Source of the DNA: Pseudomonadota bacterium
GTDB lineage: Bacteria > Pseudomonadota > Alphaproteobacteria > Acetobacterales > Acetobacteraceae
Direction of reading: 5' to 3'
NCBI GenBank assembly: GCA_021845985.1
Contig: JAJZES010000002.1
Coordinates: forward strand, 5,179-69,178
Length of the DNA stretch: 64,000 nt
Shown: positions 31,766-40,275 of the stretch, one piece after another
How the letters are laid out: each line of letters starts with the position of its first letter
Numbering within the stretch: position 1 is the stretch's first letter
The notes under the pieces: model-generated
Databases searched by the model: none
Seen by the model: the letters and a program-made list of their open reading frames with translations, nothing else
Told to the model about the DNA's origin: nothing
Program-made: the position numbers and the translations under genes

Positions 31766-34219
31766 TCAGCGCAGCCGGGCGCCGGTCGCCTTGGCCACCG
31801 CCGCCGCCACGCGGGCGCAGGCGGCCTCGATCTCGGCGTCGGTCAGCGTCCGCTCGCGCGGCTGGAACACCACCTCCACCCCGAGCGAGCGGTGGCCCGG
31901 CGCCACCTGGGCGCCGTCATAGGCGTCGAACAGCGACACCTCGGCGATCAGCGTGCGCTCGGCGCCGCGTGCCGCCTTCAGCACCGCCTCGGCCGGCACC
32001 GCGGCGGCGGCGATGAAGGCGAAGTCGCGGCGCACCGGCATGAACGCCGGCAGATCGGGCGCCGCCCGGCGGCGGCGCTTCGGCTCCTGGATGGCATCGA
32101 GATAGATCTCGAACGCCACCGCCGGGCCGGCGCCGCCGAGCTCGGCCAGCACCCGCGGATGCAGCGCGCCGAACCTCGCCAGCACCTGCTTCGGCCCCTG
32201 CCGCACCACCCCGGACTGGCCGGGATGGTAAAAGCCGGGCGCGTCGGCGCTGACGCTCAGCGCCTCCATCGGCACGCCGAGCGCCGCCAGCACGGCGTAG
32301 GCATCGCCCTTGGCATCAAACGCGTCGGCCGGGCGCGCCGCGACCCCCCAATGGCGCGGCGCGGCTGCCCCCGCCCGCAGCCCGGCGGCGATCACCGGTT
32401 GCGCCTCGGGCGCGGTGCCGGCGAACCCCGGCCCGATTTCAAACAGCGCCACGTCCGGCCAGCCGCGCGCGGCGTTGCGCTGGGCGGCCAGCGCCAGGGT
32501 TGCCAGCGGCGTCGGGCGAAGCTGATCGAGATCGGCGGCGATCGGGTTGGCGAGGCGCAGCGCCGGATCGCTGCCGCCAAACAGCGCCGCCGCGCCGCTG
32601 GCCATGAAGCTGAAGGTAACGCATTCGGCCAGCCCGCGCGCGCCCAGCACCCGGCGGGCCAGCGCCGTGCGCGTCTGCCGCGGCGTCAGCGTCGGCGCCG
32701 GCACCGGGCCGGCGACGCGCATCGACACCGGCGGCACCACGTCGAGGCCGCGCAGGCGCAGCACCTCCTCGACCAGATCGGCTTCCGGTTCGATCAGCGC
32801 CCGCCCGGCCTGTGGCGCGGCGATGCCGGGCGCGGGATCAAGCGCGGTGTCGGCGGCGATGTCGTTGCGCCAGGACGGGACCTCGACCGTCACCCGCTCG
32901 GCGTCGCGCGCGGCGACGCTGAAGCCGAGGCGTTGCAGGGCGCCGACCGCCTCATCGGCCGGGACGTCGAGGCCGCCGAGGCCGGCGATGCGGGCGAAGC
33001 GCAGCGTCGCCCGGCGGCGCCACGCCGGCTCGGCGCCGGCGGCGACGAGCTCGCTCGCCGTGCCGCCGCAGAGCTCGACGATCATCCGCGTCGCCGCCTC
33101 GGTCGCCGCCGGCAGCAGCGCCGGGTCGATGCCGCGCTCGAACCGCGCCCGCGCGTCCGAGGCGATCTGATGCCGCCGGCCGCTGAGCGCGATGCGCACC
33201 GGGTCGAACAGCGCGCATTCGACGAAAACATTGGTGGTGTCGGCATCGCAGCCGGTGGCCGCGCCGCCGACGATGCCGGCGAGCGACTGCACCCCGGCGG
33301 CGTCGGCGATGACGCAATCCTCCGCCGTCACCGTCACGTCCTTGCCGTTGAGCGCCCGGAACGTCTCCCCGGCGCCAGGGCGCAGCGTCAGCACGCCGCC
33401 GGCGACCTTGTCGGCATCGAACACATGCAGCGGCCGGCCGAGATCGACGGTGAAGAAATTGGTGATGTCCACCAGCGCATTGATCGGCCGCAGCCCGATC
33501 GCGGTCAGCCGCTCGGCAAGCCAGCGCGGCGCCGGGCCGTTGCGGACGTTGCGGATCATCCGGCCGAGAATCCACGGGCACGCCGCGGGCATCTCGATCG
33601 ACCAGCGCAGCGTGCTGGCGAACTGCGCCGGCAGCGGCGCCGGCGCCCAGGGTTTCAGCGTGCCGATGCCGGCGGCGGCGAGGTCGCGCGCCACGCCGCG
33701 CACCGACAGCGCATCGCCGCGATTGGGCGTCACCGCAATGTCGATCACCGGATCATCGAGTCCGGCCCACGCCGCATAGGCGGTGCCGACCGGCGCATCG
33801 GCCGGCAGGTCCATGATGCCGGCATGGTCGTCGCCAAGCCCCATCTCGCGCGCCGACAGCAGCATGCCGGCGCTTTTGACGCCGCGGATGTCGCCCACTT
33901 TCAGCGTCATGTCGGTGCCAGGAATGTAGCTGCCGGGCGCGGCAAACACCGAAATCATGCCGGCGCGCGCGTTCGGCGCGCCGCAGACGACGGAGACCGC
34001 GACGCCGTCGCCGGCATCGACGGTGCAGGCGCGCAGCCGGTCGGCATTGGGATGCGGCACCGCGCTCAGCACCCGGGCGATGCGGAACGGCGCCAGCGTG
34101 GCGCCGCGATCCTCGACACCCTCCAGCTCCAGCCCGATGCGGGTCAGCGTGTCGGTGATGACCGCCAGCGGCGCGTCGGTCTCCAGATGGTCGCGCAGCC
34201 AGGCGAGGGAGAACTTCAT
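31766..34219 (-). CDS. pheT: phenylalanine--tRNA ligase beta subunit
   Basis: 817 aa: MKFSLAWLRDHLE start, tRNA-binding, B3/4 and B5 regions, canonical C-terminus ..TLTDAEIEA..GARLR. Confidence 0.95.
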   Translation of the reverse strand: MKFSLAWLRDHLETDAPLAVITDTLTRIGLELEGVEDRGATLAPFRIARVLSAVPHPNADRLRACTVDAGDGVAVSVVCGAPNARAGMISVFAAPGSYIPGTDMTLKVGDIRGVKSAGMLLSAREMGLGDDHAGIMDLPADAPVGTAYAAWAGLDDPVIDIAVTPNRGDALSVRGVARDLAAAGIGTLKPWAPAPLPAQFASTLRWSIEMPAACPWILGRMIRNVRNGPAPRWLAERLTAIGLRPINALVDITNFFTVDLGRPLHVFDADKVAGGVLTLRPGAGETFRALNGKDVTVTAEDCVIADAAGVQSLAGIVGGAATGCDADTTNVFVECALFDPVRIALSGRRHQIASDARARFERGIDPALLPAATEAATRMIVELCGGTASELVAAGAEPAWRRRATLRFARIAGLGGLDVPADEAVGALQRLGFSVAARDAERVTVEVPSWRNDIAADTALDPAPGIAAPQAGRALIEPEADLVEEVLRLRGLDVVPPVSMRVAGPVPAPTLTPRQTRTALARRVLGARGLAECVTFSFMASGAAALFGGSDPALRLANPIAADLDQLRPTPLATLALAAQRNAARGWPDVALFEIGPGFAGTAPEAQPVIAAGLRAGAAAPRHWGVAARPADAFDAKGDAYAVLAALGVPMEALSVSADAPGFYHPGQSGVVRQGPKQVLARFGALHPRVLAELGGAGPAVAFEIYLDAIQEPKRRRRAAPDLPAFMPVRRDFAFIAAAAVPAEAVLKAARGAERTLIAEVSLFDAYDGAQVAPGHRSLGVEVVFQPRERTLTDAEIEAACARVAAAVAKATGARLR

Positions 34220-34223
34220 CGCC

Positions 34224-35294
34224 TCACACCCCCTCGTGCAGCATCGCCGGCGCCAGCGGAGAGCTGCCGTAATGGCGCAGCCAGCGGATGTCGCTGTCGT
34301 AGAACGGCCGCAGATCGGCCATGCCGTGCTTGAGCATGGTGACGCGCTCGACGCCCATGCCGAAGGCGAAGCCCTGCCACTCGGCCGGGTCGATGCCGCA
34401 ATTGGCCAGCACCTTCGGATGCACCATGCCGCTGCCGAGAATCTCCAGCCAGTCGCCGCCGCCGCCGAGTTCGCCGGTGCGGCGGTTCCAGCCGATATCG
34501 ACCTCCATGCTCGGCTCGGTGAACGGGAAGTAGCTGGCGCGGAAGCGCACCGGCAGGCTGGCGATGCCGAAGAAGCTGCGCAGGAAGTCGATCAGGCAAC
34601 CTTTCAGATGGCCGAGCGTGATGTCGCGGCCGATCGCCAGACCTTCGAGCTGATGGAACATCGGCGAATGCGTCGCGTCGTGGTCGGCGCGGTAGGTGCG
34701 GCCCATGGTGACGATGCGCAGCGGCGGCGGCTGACGCAGCATGCTGCGCACCTGCACCGGCGAGGTGTGGGTGCGCAGCACCGGCGGCGCCGCGCCCGGC
34801 CCGGCCGGCGGCAGATAGAACGTGTCGTGGTCGGCGCGGGCGGGGTGGTGGGCGGGGATGTTGAGGGCGCCGAAATTGTGCCAGTCGCTTTCCACGTCCG
34901 GCCCCTCGGCGACGGCGAAGCCCATCGCGCCGAAGATCGCCGCCATCTCCTCCATCGTCCGACTGACCGGATGGATCAGCCCGGCCGGTGCGGGGCGCGG
35001 CGGCAGGGTCACGTCGATCCGCTCGGCGGCGAGGCGGGCTTCGAGCGCCGCTTCTTCCAGCGCCGCGCGGCGCGCCTCGATGGCGGCGGCGAGTTCGTCC
35101 TTGAGGCGGTTGAGCGCGGCGCCACGCTCGCGCCGCTGCTCGGCGGGGGTGCGGCCGAGGTCTTTCAGCAGTGCGGTCAGCGTGCCGCTTTTGCCGAGCA
35201 CGCCGACGCGCACCGCGTCCCAGGCGCGCACGTCGGCAGCCTCGCGCAGCGCGGCTTCGGTTTCGGCGCGGAGGGTGAACAGATCGTCGGTCAC
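34224..35294 (-). CDS. pheS: phenylalanine--tRNA ligase alpha subunit
   Basis: 356 aa with class II aaRS motifs: HPxxxxxDTFY, LRTHTSPVQ, GRTYRxD, FGMGVERV. Confidence 0.95.
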   Translation of the reverse strand: MTDDLFTLRAETEAALREAADVRAWDAVRVGVLGKSGTLTALLKDLGRTPAEQRRERGAALNRLKDELAAAIEARRAALEEAALEARLAAERIDVTLPPRPAPAGLIHPVSRTMEEMAAIFGAMGFAVAEGPDVESDWHNFGALNIPAHHPARADHDTFYLPPAGPGAAPPVLRTHTSPVQVRSMLRQPPPLRIVTMGRTYRADHDATHSPMFHQLEGLAIGRDITLGHLKGCLIDFLRSFFGIASLPVRFRASYFPFTEPSMEVDIGWNRRTGELGGGGDWLEILGSGMVHPKVLANCGIDPAEWQGFAFGMGVERVTMLKHGMADLRPFYDSDIRWLRHYGSSPLAPAMLHEGV

Positions 35295-35305
35295 GCCAGA
35301 GCCTT

Positions 35306-35415
35306 GCGTCTCCCCCTCCCCTTGCGGGAGGGGGTGGGGGGAGGGAATGCCGCAGGGGAGGTGGTCGGTGGCGTCACCCCTCCCCCGCCCCCTCCCGCGC
35401 GGGGAGGGGCGGAGT
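35306..35415. repeat. GC-rich inverted-repeat element (two ~40-bp arms, each a CCCCTCCC-loop-GGGAGGGG hairpin) between rplT and pheS
   Basis: The left arm TCTCCCCCTCCCCTTGCGGGAGGGGGTGGGGGGAGGG is the near reverse complement of the right arm CACCCCTCCCCCGCCCCCTCCCGCGCGGGGAGGGGCGGAG. A related copy lies at 48971-49103. Confidence 0.7.
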
Positions 35416-35421
35416 CAGACG

Positions 35422-35778
35422 TCAGGCCAGTGCGGCCTGCACCTTCTGCACGATCGCGGCGAAGCTGGCCGGGTCGTCATAGGCGATGGCGGCGAGCACC
35501 TTGCGGTCCATCTCGATGCCGGCGCGCTTGAGGCCGTCGATGAAACGCGAATAAGTCAGCCCATGGTCGCGCACCGCGGCGTTGATGCGCTGGATCCACA
35601 GGCCGCGGAACTCGCGCTTCTTCACCCGGCGGTCGCGGTAGGCGTATTGCAGCGACTTCTCCAGCCGCTCCTGCGCGATGCGGAAGCTGGTGGACGACCG
35701 GCCGACGAACCCCTTGGCCTGATCGAGAACTTTCTTGTGACGGGCGTGCGTGGTGACGCCGCGCTTGACGCGAGCCAT
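35422..35778 (-). CDS. rplT: 50S ribosomal protein L20
   Basis: [16 protein letters not shown]..., 118 aa. Confidence 0.95.
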   Translation of the reverse strand: MARVKRGVTTHARHKKVLDQAKGFVGRSSTSFRIAQERLEKSLQYAYRDRRVKKREFRGLWIQRINAAVRDHGLTYSRFIDGLKRAGIEMDRKVLAAIAYDDPASFAAIVQKVQAALA

Positions 35779-35792
35779 GCTCTATCTCCTGC

Positions 35793-35996
35793 TCAACCGA
35801 GACCGTAGGGGGCCCATTGCTTGACGGTGATGCCGTCCGCATGGGTCAGGGTCTGGCTGCCGCGGTTGCTGCGCTTGGCAGTCTGGCTGCGCGCCATCAG
35901 ATTGTGCCGCTTCTTGCCGGGACCGGCGAGCACCTTGCCGGTGGCGGTGATCTTGAAGCGCTTTTTGACCGATGACTTGGTCTTCATCTTGGGCAT
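35793..35996 (-). CDS. rpmI: 50S ribosomal protein L35
   Basis: [22 protein letters not shown]..., 67 aa. Confidence 0.95.
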   Translation of the reverse strand: MPKMKTKSSVKKRFKITATGKVLAGPGKKRHNLMARSQTAKRSNRGSQTLTHADGITVKQWAPYGLG

Positions 35997-36179
35997 TTTG
36001 GTCTCCTTCTGGCAGGACCCCGCGCCAACCGCGCAGGCGTCGCGGCCGGGCATGCCCTACAGGCCCGGCGCGCAAACAGAGCGCGGCTTATAGCGACGCG
36101 GCCGGGCGGCGGCAAGCGACGGGGTGACGCGCCGCCGCAGCTTGCCATATCATCACCCTGTGCAGGCCCGGAGGAGAGC

Positions 36180-36422
36180 ATGAGCAGCGTCAGCATTGCC
36201 GAAGCCAAGGCTCATCTCAGCGCCATCGTCGAGCGGGCCGCCGCCGGCGAAACGGTACGGATTACCCGCCGCGGCAAGACGGTGGCACAAATTACCGCGG
36301 CAGACAGCCAACGCAAGCCTGTTGACGCCGCAGCACTCCGGGCAATGGTCGTCGGGATGCCGGCGCAGGGTGACTCTGCCGGGGACTTCATGCGCCGCAT
36401 GCGGGACGGGGAACGCTACTGA
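36180..36422 (+). CDS. type II antitoxin, Phd/YefM (prevent-host-death) family
   Basis: MSSVSIAEAKAHLSAIVERAAAGETVRITRRGK is a typical N-terminus. The gene is paired with a PIN toxin. Confidence 0.8.
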   Translation: MSSVSIAEAKAHLSAIVERAAAGETVRITRRGKTVAQITAADSQRKPVDAAALRAMVVGMPAQGDSAGDFMRRMRDGERY

Positions 36423-36844
36423 TTCTCTATCTTGACACCTCAGTTCTCGTCTGCGCCCTGACGCGCGAAGCCGAGACCGACCGGATGATCGATTGGCTCG
36501 CCGCCCAGCCGCCTGAACGACTGGCCATCTCCGGCTGGGTGACGGCCGAGTTCTCCTCGGCGCTGTCGATCAAAGTTCGCGTGGGACATCTATCGGTGAC
36601 CAACCGTGCGCAGGCGCTGGCCATGTTCACGCGCCTGCGCGCCGAAACGTTTTCGGAGTTTCCCGTCGCTGCGGCAGAGTTCCGGGTCGCGGCACGCTTC
36701 GCCGACCAGCACGCGCTCGGTCTGCGGTCCGGTGACGCGCGGCACCTCGCAATCTGTGCCGAACATGGCGCCACGCTGTGCACCCTGGACCACCGGCAGA
36801 GCGACGCCGGCCGCGCCCTCGGCGTGAGCACGGCGCGTCTGTGA
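36419..36844 (+). CDS. vapC: type II toxin VapC (PIN domain); non-canonical start
   Basis: ILYLDTSVL (first PIN Asp), ..TAEF.., GLRSGDARHLA, TLD. There is no ATG/GTG/TTG in frame upstream of the conserved Asp. The only candidates are CTG 36419 or ATT 36422, both overlapping the antitoxin stop. Confidence 0.7.
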   Translation: MILYLDTSVLVCALTREAETDRMIDWLAAQPPERLAISGWVTAEFSSALSIKVRVGHLSVTNRAQALAMFTRLRAETFSEFPVAAAEFRVAARFADQHALGLRSGDARHLAICAEHGATLCTLDHRQSDAGRALGVSTARL

Positions 36845-36869
36845 CCGCGCTCACCGGGCCGGGCGGCGT

Positions 36870-37568
36870 CTAGCCGAACACCTCGCGCCACGCCGCGCGC
36901 AACGCCGCGTCGGCCTCGGTCAGCGTCGCCGCGATGCCGAGCGCGGCCAGGCTGGTGACGCCGTGGTCGGCGATGCCGCACGGCACGATGCCGGCGAAAT
37001 GGCCGAGGTCGGGCGCCACGTTCAGCGCCACGCCGTGCCAGCTCACCCAGCGGGTGACGCGCACGCCGATGGCGGCGATCTTCGCCTCGCTGCCGCTGGG
37101 CGCATCCGCCACCCAGATGCCGATGCGCCCCGGCCGCGTCTCGCCGCGCACGCCGAGCCGGGCGAGGGCGGCGATCAGCCAGGCTTCCAGCCCGCCGACA
37201 TAGCTGCGCAGGTCGCGCGGGCGCACCCCGCCATGCCGGCGGGCGAGGTCGAGCATGACATAGGCGGTGCGCTGGCCCGGACCGTGATAGGTCCATTGCC
37301 CGCCGCGCCCGGCCTCATAGGTCGGAAAACGGCCGGGCGCGCGCAGGTCGTCGGCGCGGGCCGAGGTGCCGGCGGTGTAGAGCGGCGGATGCTCGACCAG
37401 CCAGACCAGCTCCCCCGCCGTGCCGGCGCGGATGCCGGCGGTGCGGGCCTGCATCGCGGCTATCGCCTCGGGATAGGGCGTCAGCCCCGGCGCGGTGCGC
37501 CATTCCGGCGCAGAATCGTCCAAAAACTCCGCCGCGGCATTGCCAGTCTGGAATGTCGATTGCATCAT
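36870..37568 (-). CDS. lipB: octanoyltransferase (lipoyl(octanoyl) transferase)
   Basis: [35 protein letters not shown] (Lys), VPCGI (Cys). Confidence 0.9.
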   Translation of the reverse strand: MMQSTFQTGNAAAEFLDDSAPEWRTAPGLTPYPEAIAAMQARTAGIRAGTAGELVWLVEHPPLYTAGTSARADDLRAPGRFPTYEAGRGGQWTYHGPGQRTAYVMLDLARRHGGVRPRDLRSYVGGLEAWLIAALARLGVRGETRPGRIGIWVADAPSGSEAKIAAIGVRVTRWVSWHGVALNVAPDLGHFAGIVPCGIADHGVTSLAALGIAATLTEADAALRAAWREVFG

Positions 37569-37611
37569 GGCTGCCTAGACCGGCGCGCGGGCGCGGACAA
37601 CGGAGGGGCGG

Positions 37612-38688
37612 ATGCAGACCACACGACGAGACCTCATGCGAACGGCGCTGCTGGCGCCGGTTGCCGCTGGCGCCATCGGCTCGGCGCGCGCTGCCGGGCC
37701 CTACAAGGTCGGCTTCATGTATGTCGGCCCGGTCGAGGAAGCCGGCTACACCTATCAGCACGACCACGCCCGCAAGCTGATGGAAGAAAAATTCGCCGGC
37801 AAGGTCAAGACCACCTATGTCGAGAACGTGCCCGAGGGCGCCGACGCCGAGCGGGTGATCCGTAAGCTGGCGCAGTCCAACGACATGGTGTTCACCACCT
37901 CGTTCGGCTACATGAACCCGACGGTGAAAGTCGCGGCGCAGTTCCCCAAGGTCAAGTTCGAGCACGCCACCGGCTATAAACGCGCGGCCAATCTCTCGAC
38001 CTATTCGGCGCGTTTCTATGAGGGCCGGTTCCTGGCCGGGGTCATTGCCGGGCGGATGACCAAATCCAACGTCATCGGCTTCGTCGGCGCCTTCCCGATC
38101 CCCGAAGTGGTGCAGAACATCAACGCCTATGCGCTGGGCGCGCGCATGGTCAACCCGAAGGTGACGGTCAAGGTGGTGTGGGTCAGCACTTGGTACGATC
38201 CGGGCAAGGAACGCGCCGCCGCCGACACGCTGATGAGCCAGGGCGCCGACGTGCTGGTCACCCACACCGATAGCGCCGCGGTGCAGGAAGCCGGCGAGCA
38301 GCGCGGCATCTGGACCATCGGCTTCAATTCCGACATGAGCAAATACGGGCCGAAGACCTGCCTGACCTCGGTGGTCAGCGACTGGTCCGGCTATTATATC
38401 CAGGAAGTCCAGGACGCCATGGACGGCACCTGGAAAAGCCATGACACCTGGGGCGGGCTGAAAAGCGGCATGGTGGTGCTGGCGCCGTTCAACGCCGCGC
38501 TGCCCAAGCCGGTCGCCGATGAGGTGATGGCGCGCCGGCAGGACATCATCGACGGCAAGCTGGCGCCGTTCCAGGGGCCGCTGAAGGATCAGGCGGGCGC
38601 GGAGAAAGTGCCGGCCGGCGGCGCCCTGTCGGACCAGCAGATTCTCGGCATGAACTGGCTGGTGCAGGGGGTCGAGGGCAAGATCTGA
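37612..38688 (+). CDS. BMP-family (PnrA/Med-like) ABC transporter substrate-binding protein, Tat-type signal
   Basis: TRRDLMRTALLAPVAAGA...A leader, then KVGFMYVGPVEEAGYTYQHD, GFVGAFPIPEV. No permease or ATPase genes adjacent. Confidence 0.85.
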   Translation: MQTTRRDLMRTALLAPVAAGAIGSARAAGPYKVGFMYVGPVEEAGYTYQHDHARKLMEEKFAGKVKTTYVENVPEGADAERVIRKLAQSNDMVFTTSFGYMNPTVKVAAQFPKVKFEHATGYKRAANLSTYSARFYEGRFLAGVIAGRMTKSNVIGFVGAFPIPEVVQNINAYALGARMVNPKVTVKVVWVSTWYDPGKERAAADTLMSQGADVLVTHTDSAAVQEAGEQRGIWTIGFNSDMSKYGPKTCLTSVVSDWSGYYIQEVQDAMDGTWKSHDTWGGLKSGMVVLAPFNAALPKPVADEVMARRQDIIDGKLAPFQGPLKDQAGAEKVPAGGALSDQQILGMNWLVQGVEGKI

Positions 38689-38725
38689 GCCTGCCTTAAG
38701 GCCACGCACAGCCTAGTGGTCCGAT

Positions 38726-38751
38726 GCCAACGGGCACTTCAGCCCGTTGGC
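38726..38751 (+). terminator. perfect 10-bp stem hairpin GCCAACGGGC-acttca-GCCCGTTGGC downstream of the BMP gene
   Basis: Read directly. Begins 38 nt after the stop. No U-tract. Confidence 0.45.
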
Positions 38752-38776
38752 TGAATCGGCCCACAAAATCAAGCTG

Positions 38777-38818
38777 GTGCTCTGACACATGCGGTGCCTT
38801 CTGATTGAGTCAGAGCAC
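38777..38818. other. 10-bp perfect inverted repeat GTGCTCTGAC-N22-GTCAGAGCAC in the rplY upstream region
   Basis: Read directly. About 135 nt upstream of the rplY ATG, in a locally lower-GC stretch. Confidence 0.3.
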
Positions 38819-38951
38819 TCGCCGGGCGGACGACGGCAGCGATGCTGGCGTCCGCCGCGGCGGCCGCGCCCTTCCCCCACCGCCGCTGCTCTGCTAGACG
38901 CCCCGCCGCCGGCACCCCTGGAGGCCGGCTTTTCGCATTGAGGAGCGAGCT

Positions 38952-39683
38952 ATGGCCAACACCACCATTGCGGCCGAGGCGCGCGCGCGTGCAGGTAAGG
39001 GGGCAGCACGGGCGACTCGGCGGGCAGGCAAGGTTCCTGCCGTCATCTACGGCGCCAAACAGGCGCCAACCCTGATCGCCCTCGACCCCCGCGTCGTGGT
39101 GCGGGAAATCCACCTTGCCGGCTGGCGCTCACGCCTGTTCGACATCACCGTCGATGGCACATCGACCCGCGCGCTGATCCGTGAGGTGCAGTTCCACCCG
39201 GTCACCGACACGCCCGAGCATGTCGATTTCCAGCGCCTTGCCCCCGGCGAGAAAATCCGCATCGCGGTTGCGGTGCATTTCGCCAACGAAGGCATCTCGC
39301 CCGGCCTCAAGCGCGGCGGCGTGCTCAACGTGGTGCGCCACACCGTCGATTGCCTGGCCGACCCCGATCAGGTGCCGTCGCAGTTCGAGGCTGATCTCGG
39401 CACGCTCGACATCAGCGACAACGTGCGCTGGTCCGACCTCAAGGGCACCGAGGGCATCCGCCCGGTGATCACCGACCGCGACTTCGTCATCGCCACGGTG
39501 GCGCCGCCGACCAAGGCCGCCGACGTCATCGCCGACCCCGGCGCACCGGCCGCCGCCGTCGCGGCCCCGGCCGCCGCCAAGGCGGCTCCGGCCAAGGCGG
39601 CTCCGGCCAAAGCGGCGCCCGCCAAGGCCGCCCCGGCCAAGGCGGCAGCCAAGCCGGCCGCCAAGCCCGCCGCCAAGAAGTAA
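38952..39683 (+). CDS. rplY: 50S ribosomal protein L25/general stress protein Ctc, with Ala/Lys/Pro-rich tail
   Basis: [36 protein letters not shown]. The C-terminal tail is (AKAAP)n(AKPA)n. Confidence 0.9.
   Translation: MANTTIAAEARARAGKGAARATRRAGKVPAVIYGAKQAPTLIALDPRVVVREIHLAGWRSRLFDITVDGTSTRALIREVQFHPVTDTPEHVDFQRLAPGEKIRIAVAVHFANEGISPGLKRGGVLNVVRHTVDCLADPDQVPSQFEADLGTLDISDNVRWSDLKGTEGIRPVITDRDFVIATVAPPTKAADVIADPGAPAAAVAAPAAAKAAPAKAAPAKAAPAKAAPAKAAAKPAAKPAAKK
39576..39680 (+). repeat. in-frame tandem repeat: five 15-nt units (GCCAAGGCGGCTCCG-like) followed by two 12-nt units
   Basis: Read directly. Encodes AKAAP x5 and AKPA x2 at the L25 C-terminus. Confidence 0.8.
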
Positions 39684-39696
39684 CGTCGGGCGCGCC

Positions 39697-40275
39697 ATGA
39701 AGCTGTGGGTGGGGCTGGGCAATCCCGAGCCGGGGATGGCCCGCCAGCGCCACAATATCGGCTTCATGGCGCTCGACGTGATCGCCGCCCGCCACGGCTT
39801 CGGCCCGTGGCGGCAGCGCTTCAAGGGGGTGATCGCCGAGGGCGTCATCGGCGGCGAGAAGATCATCGGGTTGAAGCCGATGACCTACATGAACGACAGC
39901 GGCGATGCGGTGCAGCCGGCGGCGGCATTCTTCAAGCTGGCGGCGGACGACATCACCGCGTTTCACGACGAGCTCGACCTCGCCCCCGGCAAGATGCGGG
40001 TCAAGCGCGGCGGCGGTGCGGCCGGCCATAACGGGCTGCGCAGCATGGACCGCCGGCTCGGCACGCCGGACTATTGGCGGGTGCGGCTCGGCATCGGCCA
40101 TCCGGGACAGAAAGAGCGTGTGCTCGGCCATGTGCTCGGCGATTTCGCCCGCGTCGATCGCGACTGGCTGGTGGCGCTGCTCGATGCGGTCGCCGACGAG
40201 GCGGCGCTGCTGGTCGCCGGGCGGCACGAGGAGTTCATGAGCAAGGTCGCGCTGAAAACACAGGACATCGCCTAA
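39697..40275 (+). CDS. pth: peptidyl-tRNA hydrolase
   Basis: [31 protein letters not shown]. Confidence 0.95.
   Translation: MKLWVGLGNPEPGMARQRHNIGFMALDVIAARHGFGPWRQRFKGVIAEGVIGGEKIIGLKPMTYMNDSGDAVQPAAAFFKLAADDITAFHDELDLAPGKMRVKRGGGAAGHNGLRSMDRRLGTPDYWRVRLGIGHPGQKERVLGHVLGDFARVDRDWLVALLDAVADEAALLVAGRHEEFMSKVALKTQDIA

Noticed and set aside
31892-34333. 813-aa plus-strand ORF. Similar long antisense ORFs occur at 13578-15320, 20663-23038, 43844-45823, 58831-60933 and 60831-62747.
   Set aside because: All lie opposite genes with unmistakable family sequence (pheT, lpxB, the aminotransferase/acyltransferase genes, the cytochrome, the amidase, the ABC binding protein). All encode Arg/Gly/Pro/Ala-rich strings without recognisable motifs. 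They are stop-codon-poor shadow frames.
38777-38818. Possible CIRCE (HrcA operator) element, because of the AGCACTC / GTGCT strings
   Set aside because: CIRCE is TTAGCACTC-N9-GAGTGCTAA. Here the arms are in the opposite order (GTGCTCTGAC..GTCAGAGCAC) and the spacer is 22 nt. The downstream gene is rplY, not a chaperone operon.
39576-39680. Regularly spaced 15-nt repeats considered as a CRISPR-like or intergenic tandem array
   Set aside because: The repeats are contiguous with no spacers. They are in frame and encode the Ala/Lys/Pro-rich tail of ribosomal protein L25.
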